A DNA stretch of 64,000 nt, from NCBI GenBank assembly GCA_964016885.1, contig OZ024746.1, positions 28,830,001-28,894,000 on the forward strand, read 5' to 3'. The notes under the pieces are model-generated. The model did no database searches. It was not told the DNA's origin and saw only the letters and a program-made list of their open reading frames with translations. The position numbers were made by a program, and so were the translations under genes. Positions 11,953-26,589 of the stretch are shown one piece after another (position 1 is the first letter of the stretch; every line of letters starts with the position of its first letter). The DNA comes from Eledone cirrhosa (Eukaryota).

Positions 11953-12568
11953 TTTAAAGTTATAGTGTTCAGTTTACTGTATTATATTTTAATTTAATTT
12001 ATATTGTTATTAAAATTATTTTAAGTCATTCCAATTTTATATTTTATTTTATTTTGTCTTAAAAGTTTTATTTTACTTCATAATAAAATTTAATTTCACT
12101 TTATTATATCTTTAAACATGATTTAATTACAAATTTTTTGCTTTGTTTTATTTTATTTAAAAACATATTTCACTTTATTTAATTTAAGTTTGTTTTATTT
12201 CATTCTTAAAATATTTATTTGGTTTTTGTTTTTATTCTAAAACTATTGAATTTTGTTTTAAATTTATTTTTCCAACTTGTTAGTTATTATTTTAAAACTT
12301 TATTTCATGTTAAACTCTGACATTGGTTGGCTATGAAGAGGGGGGGGGGGGGGCGGGCGTGGTTATATTTCATCTTATTTGTTGGTGCTTTTACATGTAT
12401 ATCCTATTATCTAATGTTGGCGTTGTTCTTGTTGTCGTTCTTAATGTTGTTAATGTTGTGTTGTTGTTATTGTCTGCAATGAAATATGAGTTTTAAGATA
12501 TTCGCGGTTGCTTCTCTCTATAATATACATTCATATATATATATAGTAATAATGATTAATTTGAATTT

Positions 12569-12626
<58 letters not shown>

Positions 12627-13079
12627 ATATGAATTATCCCTGCATTCCCCATCTCCTGCCAACAGAATCATACAACTATAAACCTATTTTGTGTATTTTT
12701 TATTTACTTTACTTTATTTACTATAATAATATAAATAACATGTATAATATTCATATGTATATATAAATATATATTTATTTATTTATTCATTATTGTGTGT
12801 ATACTAAAGTGTGTATACGCATAGTATACTAAATCTATACGAATATTTACCCTATATTCGCTAATGTATAAATCTACCTAACTACCTACCTTCTTAAGCA
12901 CATTTATACATACATACGTAGGGACGCGCACACCCACATTCGTACCTTATATATATGTATATATATATATATATATTATATTACCATTTACTAGTACACA
13001 TCTAACAGTCACAAACATTGTGCACACAATTACACACACAGGCGTACACCCCAAAAGATACATATGTAGAGAGGATTTA

Positions 13080-13730
<651 letters not shown>

Positions 13731-14100
13731 TAATATATGTGCACACATTGTATTGGCAAATGCACACTATTGCACAATTTCCTCGAAGTTCGCTGCACCA
13801 GATAATGAATGTTATTTCGAGAACGTGGCTAGCCTGAAGGCAAATGGTAGAACTTATTAAAGTAGAGAAGAGAGGGAGATGAAGTAAAGTAGAAAGCAGT
13901 GATGAAACTGTGTGCAACTGGTCATTAAAAGAAGATAATAGGAAATAGCTATTGAAAATGGTGGATGTTGAAAAATATGAGAGAAAAGGAAAGAGTGGAA
14001 AAGAAAGAAAAGAAATAAGAATAACAATAAGAATAAGGAGACAGAATATGAATCATCAAATTTGAAGAAAGAATCACGCACATACACACACCGACACACA

Positions 14101-14152
<52 letters not shown>

Positions 14153-14199
14153 AATACATGTGTATATACAAACACATATATTTATATATTTATATGTAC

Positions 14200-14273
<74 letters not shown>

Positions 14274-14359
14274 GTATATATATATAACTATGCATATATA
14301 TATATATGAATATATATTTATATATTTATATGTACATAAATAGATATATATATATATAT

Positions 14360-14394
<35 letters not shown>

Positions 14395-14488
14395 CGTATA
14401 TATATATATAACTATGCATATATATATATATGAATATATATTTATATATTTATACGTACAAAAATATATACACATATATATATATACG

Positions 14489-14527
<39 letters not shown>

Positions 14528-14703
14528 ATCAGATATTGAATATTGGCGAATTGAGATTCAGCATGTGGGTTGGTGCGCGTGCGGAGATATAAGTACATAC
14601 ACTAATACTCAAAACATACATATGTGTAATCGCATATATATGAGTAACCTCTCTCTCTCTCTCCCTCTCTCTCCCTCGCTATCTCTCTATCTCTCTCTGT
14701 CTT

Positions 14704-14743
<40 letters not shown>

Positions 14744-15594
14744 CTAGTATTTATATAATACAGTGTACATTCCAGGTTTTATATTCTATTTATTAAAATC
14801 TCTATTATTTGCCTATTATCTAATAAATAGACCCTATTCAATATTATCGGAGAATGTGTATAAGAGTTCAAGCAGTCGAATTGGTGTAAGGAGAGCAATG
14901 TCCAATATTTCGCACACTTGTCCTTTGTTAGGGACTGCAGAATGTAGGAGACAGAAACAAGGATTCCCTTCTTTCATGAACATTTAACAAAAGTAATGAA
15001 TATATTGTGGTGGTGTAGAAGGTTAGTGCCGTTTGGTAGCGATGTTGGTGGAGGGGGAGGGGGTATTCTTCGTGGTCGTCGTTATACTAAGCTGATGTAG
15101 ATGGTGTTTGATGGTGGTCTTGGGGATTGTGGTGGTGGTCTTGGTGATTTTGTGGCATTACTATTTGCTGTTGTTGTTGTTGTTGTTGTTGTTGTCGTTG
15201 TGGTGGTGATCGTAATGGGAGTGGTGTTTGTAGTTTGGGTGGTGATAGTAGGATGATGTTGGTGGTGGTCGTGATGATTAGTGGCTGTGGTGGTCGTGGT
15301 GGTCGTGGTGGTGGTCGTCGTTGTCGCCGTGGTGATTGTGATGTTAGCAATATTTGTTGGTGGTAGTGTGGTGTCAACTGTTATCTATCTATGGTCCATT
15401 ATAACGAAAACGGTAAGTTAACCTTTTGATAATTTAGAGATCGATATAATACGTGCCTGGTTGAAGTAACTACAGCAGTCGATATGTTTGGCTAAAGTCA
15501 TTGTAGGAATTGCCTTAGCATGGCCGTTATCAACTGACTAAACCAGGTAGAAAAATAATTGATTCTAAATGAGTTACAAAGCCAGCATACTTAA

Positions 15595-15812
15595 GTAGAG
15601 GCGAAGTCGATTAAATGAACCCTAGCACTTGTGAGGTACATTATTTTATCGACCAGTCAAAGTCAACGACAGTACGTGACTGGTATTTTATTTTAACGAC
15701 CCAGAAGTGCTGAAATACGAAGTTGACCATACCGGGATTTGAACTCTGAACGTACTGAACGGTATGAAAGAATTTTGTCCGACGATTAACTGATTCTGCC
15801 AGTCCACATCCC
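15595..15812 (-). mobile_element. SINE family A, decayed
   Basis: gggatttgaactc box B and ttttatcgacc body. Confidence 0.6.
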
Positions 15813-15819
15813 TTAACAT

Positions 15820-17660
15820 TTCTGAATTAGTATTAAACTTCCTAGACGTCACCCTTGATCTCAACAATAACCTTTATAACCCTTACCATAAACCAGGTGA
15901 AATACTCACATATATTAGCCCACACTCTAACCACCCACCGGCAGTCATTAGAGCAGTAATCAAATCTATCTCCTATAGGATCTCAATGCTATCAGCAAAT
16001 GAGGAGATATTTATAAACCACGCACAATATTATAATAAGGCTCTCTCTCTGAATCTGGTTATAAACAATCAATTTATTACATAGCTAAATGCCATAACAC
16101 AGCAACTCACCATAATAAACTTAACACTAGAACTAAAAATACCTTAGCATGTAGCCAGATTCGCCGGAATTTTAGCAGTAACAGCACCTATACAGGGAAC
16201 TTTAATGGTGGCAGCGGCCTGCTCCCCACTCCAAGTAGCAAACTAAAAATCAACCCTAGAATAGGAATGAGAAATGGGATGACAAATAACAAATCCCCAG
16301 GTAATAATAACCCTAGGAAGGCCCCTACCAACTCCACTGGAACCCCTAGAAGGAATAGAACTAGAAATATCACCTGGCTCAACCCCCATTCTCATCTAAT
16401 CTAGCCACTAATATCCCCAAACGCTTCTTCTCTATCCTATCCAAACACCCCCACCCCCCCCAACCATAGATATTACAAACTCTTTAATAAAATTAACACT
16501 AAAATCTCATTCTCCACAACACCTAACCTAGCTAGCCACATCGCGTTCCGTAACCATCATAAGCTAAGACAGTATAACTCCCACACCGCGGTACCACCAC
16601 CCCTATCAAATACACCACGCCACTACACCAATAATTACTCTAGTAGCACCCCCCCCCCCATCTAATCCTTCTAGCACGGACCTACCGCTTAGGTTAAACA
16701 ACCCTACTCTCACTAACCGCAGAAACAACTGCAACTGCCGTTACCCCAATGCATGCCCATTAAATGGACACTGCCTGACACCCAACATAGTCTATAGGTG
16801 CACGGTTGAGACTGCTTCGAATACCAGCTCTTATATCGGGTCTACCTCTAACCCTTTTAAGGTACGCTATAATGCGTACTCTTTTTCCTTCCGAGACCCT
16901 AGCAACAGATGTTCGACATCGCTAGCTAGGCTCATTAAAAACCTTAAATTAAACAACGTTCAACACTCACTAAAATGGGATATCGTGGCTAGGGCCCAAC
17001 CGTTCAATGGACGAAGAAAATCTTGTGATCTCTGTGTTACGGAAGCATATTACATAACTCTATCACGACCTCTACCGATTAACGATAGAACGGAGGTAAC
17101 CATTAGCTGTCAACATCGAAGGGCTAATTCCTTCGCCTATAGAATTTTTGACCCAACTTAGTCATGTAGCCCCATTTTTACTTGTAGCTAATAAGTTAAA
17201 TTGCTATGAACAACTCGATAATTATAAGTTATCTCCCCTACATTGTCTCTCAATTAAAAAATTTAAAAATTAGCATTTAACTATAAACACTCACAATTTC
17301 TAATCTCTCGAGAAGTTACTTCCCCTGAAACCACCCTCTAATTAGTAAGGTAAATATGCCCTTTGGCAGCCATCTTGTTACCCATAGGCAGATCTCACAC
17401 AATGCAGCCTCGACAGATGAATACTGCTTGATTATGGCTGACAACTGATGCAACCAAGACACCATAGTAAAAACTAATATATGGAACATTATATTATGTA
17501 ACATTATCCCATTATTTTAATTTATATTCCTTTGAAGTTCCAATGAGCCACTCTGTTTTTTAAATATGTTAATTATTTTCAACTGAACCAGATCAATTAT
17601 GATATATAATCATCTGATCCAGAAATATTATATGGAGTAGCGAAACAATTGTAAACGGAC
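15820..17660 (+). mobile_element. 5'-truncated, frameshifted PLE of a third lineage (tentatively Nematis-like)
   Basis: NFLDVTLDL..PYHKP..SNHPP, NITWLNPP, CNCR..CPLNGHCL..NIVYRC..YIGST, CDLC in shifting frames. Confidence 0.85.
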
Positions 17661-17829
17661 ATTATTATTATTAAAGTACCAGTAATGCACTGGGTGATTG
17701 CTGGCCTTGTGCCTAAAGTAGAAACAATTATTATTATTCTCTACATTCCTTACATCAAACTAAAATATGTTGACAATCTTTTAATAATGTCTTCCTTGTG
17801 AAGTTTGTGGCCTTGTTTTGCTTAACTAA

Positions 17830-17870
<41 letters not shown>

Positions 17871-18100
17871 GTACTGTGTTGTTTAAGTACGTTTTCATCA
17901 GACAAAATATATGATTTGATATATGACATATTTATATACGGTAATTGAATAATCAAGACCGTAGCGGTATGTCATATATCAAATCATATATTTTGTCTGA
18001 TGAAAACGTACTTAAACAACATAGTACCTTTGAAATATGTATAATTAAGTATATATTTTGAATATTTTTCATTTGTTAACAGTTTGAATAATATATATTT
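17871..18100 (+). mobile_element. Hammerhead-bearing PLE pLTR-like fragment with 60-bp inverted duplicate
   Basis: CUGAUGA-AAACGUAC..GUACCUUU-GAAA-UAUGUA at 17997-18041; arms 17871-17930/17968-18027; (TA)n on both sides. Confidence 0.65.
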
Positions 18101-18121
18101 ATATATATATACATATATATA

Positions 18122-18185
<64 letters not shown>

Positions 18186-19668
18186 CATATGTGTGTTTAC
18201 ATACATGCAAGGGTCGGTGGAAATCGGGGCAGCCCCCCCCCCCCCCCACACACACACACACATACGCCAATAATTATATTTTTATCCCTAATCTACCAAA
18301 ACATATCAATTTGTAAATGCGCTACAATTTATGTACATGTTATGTAGAGAGAGATGGGAGAGATAGATTTAGATATAGAGAGGGGGAGATTTTGGTGGTA
18401 ATTGATATAGAGAGGAATGTGGGGAGAGCGTGTTGTATATTAGATATAGAGAGGGGAAGAGTTTGGTAGTGATGGATAGAATTAGAGGGAATGAAAAAGA
18501 GTGTTGTATGGTAGATATAGAGAGAGGCAATTTATATAGAGAGGGGAGTTGGGAGAGAGTTCCGGGTGTAGTAGATGGAGAGAGCGGCAGTGTTTGGTGT
18601 TAATTGATATAGTGAGGGGGATTGGAAGAGAGTTCCATGTAGTAGATATAGGGAGGGGTTTGGTGTTAATTGATATAGAGAGGTGAATTGGGAGAGAGTG
18701 TTGTATGGTTGATGTAGAGAGGGGTATAGATTGATGGTAAGGAATAGAGTGAGAAGATTGATAGAGGTAGTTATTTATAGATATAGAGAGGGGAATATTT
18801 GGTAGTGATAAATAGAGTGAGAGGGAATGAAAATGTTATTTGATATTTTCTCCCCAATTTACCAAAACACACACCTATTTCGATATGTGCTACAGTTCAT
18901 GTACATGTCATGTTTATCGCATATCAAAGTTTTCCTACCATTTAGTGCAAACAGCTAAACTATTCACTACAACTAAATTCAGAAATGCTTACATATACAA
19001 GCGACTGATCTATGCAGTTTCCGTCACCTAACTTTCCCTCCTGCGGCATTGATATATATAGTCGAAGAGACATGCACAAAATGTTGTGCAGCAGAACTGA
19101 ACCCAGCACCACATGGTTACGAATTGAACGTCTTAGCCATACAGCCATAAATGCGACTTCTCGTTCTGTAATATATTTCCAGCATTGGACACATTATACA
19201 ATTCTACTCAAGATTGTAGCAAATCAAGCGAAGATATAATTATCATAAAATCACTCACGAAAAAATAATAATAAAATAAACAAAATGCTAAAATAATATC
19301 TTCAGTTGGTGCGAAGTACTATAGAAGAGATGTAGAATAGCATAACAAAGTTGGAGGCCTGAAGCAGATTGGAAACATAAATACTTATAGAAGAAACGAG
19401 AGTTATGTAAGCAATTATCTAACCAATGTATGGCGGTGTTTCTAGAGAGGCCTCAGTCAGAATGGGCAGAAAATTGTCTTCTGGTGAAGGAGAAGTAAAG
19501 TGGAACAAGCGTATTGAATAATAATAATAATAATAACAACAACAGTAATAATAATCGTGATAAATATCCTGAACAGGAGATAATTGCAAGTATGTGTGTG
19601 TGAATCTATTACATATACATACATATAATATATTTATATTTATATGTATATACATGTGAAACCATATG

Positions 19669-19731
<63 letters not shown>

Positions 19732-20318
19732 CACCATGCCGTATTCTGTTGCAAACTATAAGCACACAAACTGAATCTATCCTTACCAAAGAACGGGAGT
19801 TGGTAGTGAATGCATAAATAATCTTCGAAATTACGTTAATAGTTATTGAATAACAAGGAATATGTTGGAATATAAAATACAAGAATAAATACATAGGAGT
19901 ATATTTATCAATTCGAGAGAAGAACGTTCCAATAAACACTTATTTATATATATGCACTTACTAATATAAACCTGAATACGCCACACATAATCGTAAATAT
20001 ATATGCAGGAATAAATTTGATCGTACACAAACACGCATACATACATTCGTATATATACAGGCAGATATATAAGCCAATACATACATAAAGTCGTATATAT
20101 GTACACCATATATATTTAAACGTATAAACACACATACACATACACTGACTAACACACATATACAAACATATATATAAACCCATATACGCACACCAACAAA
20201 CATAATTATTCCTGTAAAAACATATCGAGCTATTCATAAGCATATATTACGAGGCCATTATATGTCGCCACAGATGCACAATAAATCCAAATATAATGAT
20301 ACAATTTGGGACATAGAG

Positions 20319-20374
<56 letters not shown>

Positions 20375-20528
20375 AGAGAGAGGTAGAGTGAGAGGGAGGG
20401 GGGAGAAAATATATTAACACACTGAAACACACAGGGAAATATATACAATCGTGTGCCCATCCACTCTCTCACATATACGTACATTGTAAAAGAGGGAAAT
20501 AGAATGTGAAAAATGTACGTATATATAT

Positions 20529-20609
<81 letters not shown>

Positions 20610-20619
20610 TGTGTGTGTT

Positions 20620-20669
<50 letters not shown>

Positions 20670-20678
<9 letters not shown>

Positions 20679-21410
20679 ATGCTTTGGGAGGGTCATGTTG
20701 CCAATAAGAAACACACGCACCAGTTGCTTTCACTCCAATTTATTATGAATTAAATTTATAAATTTAAGAATTTATAAATTTCCGGTTGGTTGGTTGGTTC
20801 CATAACCGGACGGTTGTTCATATATTGTCAAAGTTCTTTCGTCACACATTCTGTGACCTCTTCAGTGACTGGGGATTATATTCTTTGTTTTGTGCCTCTC
20901 CTTTGTTCTGTCCTACGCCATCTTGTTTTTGTGTGTGTTGAGTGCTTAGTTTGCGCATGTGTTACATCCGGGTGTCTCTGTGTGTGTTTTTATTTGTTTA
21001 TTTATTTGTTTATTTACATGTTACTGGTTGCTTGTTTGTTCTATGTGTGTGTGTTTTCATTTTGTCCTTAATTGTAAGTTGTGATGTTGCTATTCAATTC
21101 ATGTTTTCTATTTAATTTTGGTTGGAGTTCATTTATGTTTATTGCCTCTGCGATTTGTCTAAACATTGCGTGTATTCTGTGTGTAGATTCTATTTTTATT
21201 TCTATTTTTTTTCTAATTTGCCCTTATGTTCTATTTTAGCATGTTGATGGAGTATTGATGATTCTTTTTTATCTTGAAGTTCTCGCCAGTGTTCATTTAG
21301 CTGTTCTCCTATACTACGAGCTGTCTCACCTATGTACACTATATTCTTATCTTTACATTGTCCTTCAGGACATCTTATGCTATATACTACAATTCTAGTT
21401 TTACAGTTAA
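20670..21410 (-). mobile_element. 5'-truncated PLE family 2 (GIY-YIG + pLTR)
   Basis: NCKTRIVVYSIRCPEGQC..VYIGETARSIGEQLNEH..RQIAEAI at ~21130-21410; (TA)n at both ends. Confidence 0.85.
20827..20869 (-). ncRNA. Minimal hammerhead ribozyme, PLE family 2
   Basis: GUCA-CUGAAGA-G-GUCACA-GAAUG-UGUGAC-GAAA-GAAC-UU-UGAC. Confidence 0.72.
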
Positions 21411-21746
21411 TATATATATATATATATACTAGCAGTTTAGCCCGGCGTTGCTCGAGTTTATTAAATTGCTATGAAAAGTTACATACAGGTAAACGTGGCT
21501 TGAAAGCGAATAAGCTTATCAATTAAGTGCATAAAGCAGTTGAACCGGTTATTAAAAGTTACGAACCAATTACCATTTTGGACAATCAATGATGGGTTAA
21601 TAATCTTAGCGAATTTAGCAGACCAAAGTTGCAAGATGGTGGCCCTGATGCAGCTGGCTGTCACATCTGTCCGCCATGGGTGACCCTACCAGGAAATAGT
21701 TTTCCAGACGGCATAGCTCCAACACCTCCAACACCTGCACCAACAT

Positions 21747-24575
21747 CTATAGCACCTCTTTGTAGGCGATATTGCGTGTCATCCCTTGAGGAGTGTAAAC
21801 AAAAAGAGCATTCCTGCACCCTACGTGGGAACAGGCAACATAAAGTTGACCATGGGAGAAGTATGGCTCCCCCAAATGGATGCCCGCCACCGACAATGTT
21901 TGCCCTTGTGACTTGTTAATGGACATGGCAAAACATGGTCTCATCGGGAATTGGGATCGCCGGAAATCGAACGGGATATCTGACACCGAGGAGAAAAGGT
22001 TCATCCTTGGAATGAAAACATTCTCCCCTCACCCACACCCCGTTACTATAGTGGCCTCAATAAATTGGGGCGTCGTTGACCCTGCGAGTACCGTTGCACT
22101 GCTTTGGTGGGCGCAAGTTCCTTATTAGCATAATGAGACAGCCAATCCTAAGCTTAAGAATGTGAAGTGGGAGCCCTGGAGGCTCAAGGGAATTTAATAA
22201 CTCAACCGGATAATTAACGATATCGCCGGGGTCTGACGTCCGGTCGATAGATTTGAAGATGTCCTCTTTACCGGGAATTTTCTCAATCAGCTGCTCGTTA
22301 ATAAAATTAACGATGGCATTTTTCGGAGCAAGGATGGCTCTTTCGCTGAGCCAATCGAAGTTTTTAAAGTTAGATGAGACATTAGGAAAAACTGCCTCCC
22401 AAAGGTCAGAAGGGCTGCTCACAATGTTGCACAGCGAGTCGATTTCTATGCCGCCCTTGTCATCCGCAGGGACCTTGCCCTCACCAAGTGCTAAAATGTT
22501 CTGAGCAAATGCTGCAAATATGTTGTCACCATGCAAATAAGCACTCATATTTGTGGTCAGGTACAAAGTCTTCACCTGGGCCACAAAGTGGACGACTTAA
22601 GGCAGGCACGCACTTCATCAGCTCTTGTCCCTTTGGGGATGACAGGCAGCGTTTGCCGAAAATCCCCTGATAGCAGAAGGGTTAAGCCTCCCATAGGGGC
22701 CGTAGAATGCCTAATGTCTTTCGGGGTCCTGTCCAATGCCTCAAAGGCACCCTTGTATGCCATTGTGCACTAATCCCAAACAATGAGGCAACATTTTTTG
22801 AGAACCAGAGCTTCGTGTGAGCTCTTGCTGATATTGCAAGTTGGTGTCCCTGATTTTACTAAATCCAAGGGTAGTTTAAATGTTGAATGTGCTGTCCTGC
22901 CTCCCGGCAGCAAAGTAGCAGCGTTCCCGGACGATGCAACGGCCAACGCAATTTTTTTCTCCTGACGAATCTTAGCGGGAATCAATTTTGTTACAAAAGT
23001 TTTTTCGGTACCCCCAGGAGCATCGAGAAAGTAAATACCCCCAGTCTGATTTTGAACCGCGTCAAAGATAGTTAAATAGGCCAACCTTCGGTCCGACAGA
23101 CGTTCGGGCTCATTTTCCTCTAAGTATTGGGAAAGAGATTCGATGTCATATGCTGTTTCCCCGCAACAAATCCGGTGCCAACGTGTTAGCTTCATCTGTG
23201 ATGGTTGACGGCAAGCCATACGTCGCCAACTCACTCCCATCCATGTCGAGGAGGGCGTCCTCGATATCAAAGAGTGCCGCTGTAAGCAACTTCCACTGAA
23301 GGATACTGCAGATGAGCCAGGCACAGGAAATCCTTAGACATGAAGTCTCTGTACTTGACCCATAAAGATTCGGGATCACCCATTTCCCACTTTTGAAGCA
23401 AAATGGCAAAGAGTTCCCGTAGACCTTTAGGTGATTTCAACAAAGCACCCTCTGCTAAAGTGGAATCCCATTGCGAATCATCTTCCAAAAGACCACGCTT
23501 AAAGCAGGCTTCCCGGTACGTATCACATATTTCTCCATCAACAGTTTTGAGGTCCTGAAAACTTTGTGGGCCTACAACTCATGCAAGAAGAAGGCGGAGA
23601 TGAAAGCACTCATGCTGACTTGGAGGCACAGTGTAAACACTTCCAAGACTGCTGTCAAATGTTACACCAGAATGTCTTTCAACAGCCTGACCTGACTTTC
23701 TTCGCACCCAAGTGTTTTTCGACCATATAAAGTAGGATGGAACTTGGCAGTACACAATTGTTTGCGCAAATGTATCGAACTGGCAAAGTTTGAAGAAACC
23801 TGTCAGAGTGGTCTCTTTCGGATCGGCGGCCAGCTTGGTGGCGGTTTGGTCCGTAAAGTAAACACTTTGCCCATTTTCCAAATGTACCGCAAGCTGTACG
23901 ATGGCGGGGTGCCGTTGGTGTAGGGGGAAACCAAATAGGCGCCAAAAAGCTTCATTGCTACTGATGTACCGCCCCGCCAGATATTCTGTGACCTCATCAG
24001 AGCCCTTATTTACATATTTGCATATGTATTTTATAGACTTGACGGAGTTTGAAAACTCAACGTTGATGTGGGCGTTGAACATCTTCAAGAGAAGAGGGCA
24101 GTAAGGGACCACCCATCTATTGTCGACTTGACCTCCCTTTACTGTTGTGGTGAAGCCAGCGTTCTCGGGCCGTCTCCGCCTGTACAGGGGGTACCCATCG
24201 CCACCAGTCTGAGTCCCGTCAACAAATTTTGGGGGGCATCCCTTACTGCACCCCCCCCCTTTCAGACACGTGTGATGCTCATTAGGACCCGACGCACACG
24301 GACCATGTTAGCTTTGACGATGTCATGTAATTCCTGGTTAGTTGCTGGGTTAGGGATTTGAGCCGAAATGAAGCTGTCTATGGCATTTGAATTGATTTTA
24401 TCAGCTAACCAAATCAAAATGTGAGCATGTGGCAGCCCTCGTTTTGGCCATTCGACGCTGAACATGTCACATTTTACAGCCCCCAAAACCTGACATTTTT
24501 TATTAAAGCCATCAGTTTAGCCAGTTTCAGTCTGAACACTCTGGCAATGAGGTCATGTCTGTTCGAATAATTTTG
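21747..24575 (-). pseudogene. Helitron Rep (HUH/Y2)-PIF1 helicase, frameshifted
   Basis: VEWPKRGLPHAHILIW, SIKYICKYVNKG, DAPGGTEKT, GDFRQTLPV, AMSINKSQGQT, FSHGQLYVACS across several ORFs. Confidence 0.95.
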
Positions 24576-24835
24576 CACAGGAAAAAGTTCACGGGTTCCA
24601 TTCCGATTCATATGTCTATAGCATTAATCTGTTATATGAAGTGGTATTTTGCGGGTTGTTATTTGCAATAAGCCGATTGAAAATGCCCCAGATAAGCCGT
24701 ATGCCAATACGGAACGCTCAATATGGAACGCTCCACTGCAGTGTTGTCATATAGGGAGTGAAGAGCGACAGAGAGAGTAAAGCAGTTAAATTATAGAGAG
24801 GTCGTTATTGTTACGTTTGTTGTTTTATAAATTCA

Positions 24836-25649
24836 CTAGCAGTAAAGCCCGGCGTTGCTCGGGGTCGCTCAGTAGCTGTGTTAAAGTTACAATGTTAAGT
24901 TTCTTTTTTGGCTTAAAAACTGTAGTGTCTACTGTGCAGACTTGCATGTGGTGTTTTTGATTAATATTCCCTCAACCAACAATATGCCTTATGAAGTTAA
25001 GAAAACATAACGATAACCCGAATGTTATAACAAAAGAGGATGCTGGGGATAAAAACTGCACTGGTTATTTATTAACAAAGATCGAAAATGTAAACACTGC
25101 AACGCAGAGAAAAACATTAGCGTAACCAAATTATCAGTTATGTCTGTCTGCACGCCTATATCACCTCTCTGCACGACTGACTGTCTGCACGCCTGAAATA
25201 TTTGCTTGTTTTACGTAGTCTTTAAATAGACTTGTTTTCAAGTAAAAATATTGTTTTAAAATGCTTTTAAATGGAAATGAAGCAAAACGGAAGCCTAGTG
25301 TTCGAACTGATGAATTTTGCAGGTCAATATTTTGCTGGCTCGACAACTGTTCGTTCGTGTATTGTGTTAATGTCATTTTAAACGCTGAGAAAGCCAGCGT
25401 AATTTTTTACGTAAGACGCTCAATGTAAACAGAACAAAGGGAAATAACTGATAACTTACGCTCAAAAATCGATACATTATATTCGATTTCGTCACATAGG
25501 GTGGGTCAATTTGAAATATTTTTTTCCGATGTCTTCGCTAGGGCTCAATGTACAAGTATATCAATTTCGGTGCAATTCCGTGAGAGATTCTAAGAGGAGA
25601 TGTGTGCCAAAAATCGATAGACAGACAACCACAGTTTTATATATATAGA
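24836..25649 (-). mobile_element. Non-autonomous Helitron (814 bp) nested in the larger Helitron
   Basis: A|TCTATATATATAAAAC 5' end at 25649; cccgagcaacgccggg hairpin + CTAG|T at 24836; no TSD. Confidence 0.85.
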
Positions 25650-26310
25650 TGTGTTGCTTTTGAATATTTGTTATTTGATGTCAAATGTAACGTTGAGAGA
25701 GCAGTATGTATTTAGTGTTATCGGCTTTTTAAATTTTGATATTTGATGTATGAGTGTCGTTATGACTGTAGAGAGGGGGAATAATCTATTGTAGAGAGAG
25801 GGAAGAGCGACGGAGAGAGTAAAGCTATGGTTGTTGTGTTGCTTAGGTTTCAAAGTTTGTGTCGCGTTCCTTCAAAAGAAGTTTCGTCGTTGTTCTAAAT
25901 TGTAATGTTGATAGGGTAGGAGACGGAGGCAGTAACCTTTAAAAGAGAGTTGCAGAAGAGATTTAGGGGGGAATAGAGAGAGTGATGAACCTTTTAAAGA
26001 GAGTTGCAGAGGAAATTGAGAGTGGAGTAGAGGAAAATATGAATCTTTTAAAGAGAGTTGCAACATGTATGTAGTTTCATATATTTTTGATGGTAGTAGT
26101 GAGAGGAATGAAGCGTGTATGAGAGAAAGTTACAGCATGTATTTAGTTTTATCGATTTTTTTTCATAGAAGCAGAACATTTTTTGCAAAAATAATTACGT
26201 GTTAACCTGCCCTGGTAAATTTGGAGCACATTGGAAAAAAATTCATCAAAATCGGTAGAGAAATGTGGAAATGCATAAAAATCATACACACACACAGACA
26301 GACATCTACC

Positions 26311-26372
<62 letters not shown>

Positions 26373-26589
26373 CACACAGGATGTCCCATTATGAAGGGAG
26401 ACATTTTAAATACTCGTCTTGTCTGACGATCCCGTGGGTACACAAGTGAAAATCCTGAGTATCCAGACTCATCATTTAGCGATAATAAAGAATATTATCT
26501 TTTTTCCTTTTTAAATTACTTACACAAGACAAGTTAATAAAACCACTAAAATGTAAGGGTTTCTGAAACCATTCACCTAATTCTCTAAC

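Larger units (their letters stand above)
21429..26330 (-). mobile_element. Helitron, internally deleted and decayed
   Basis: 3' terminus cgagcaacgccgggct-aaactgCTAG|T at 21429; RepHel remnants; probable 5' end TATATATAAAACGGTAGATGTCTGTCTG merging into (TA)n near 26320. Confidence 0.8.

Noticed and set aside
18280-18915. Purine-rich tract between diverged ~60-bp direct repeats
   Set aside because: Degenerate minisatellite with no LTR or coding features
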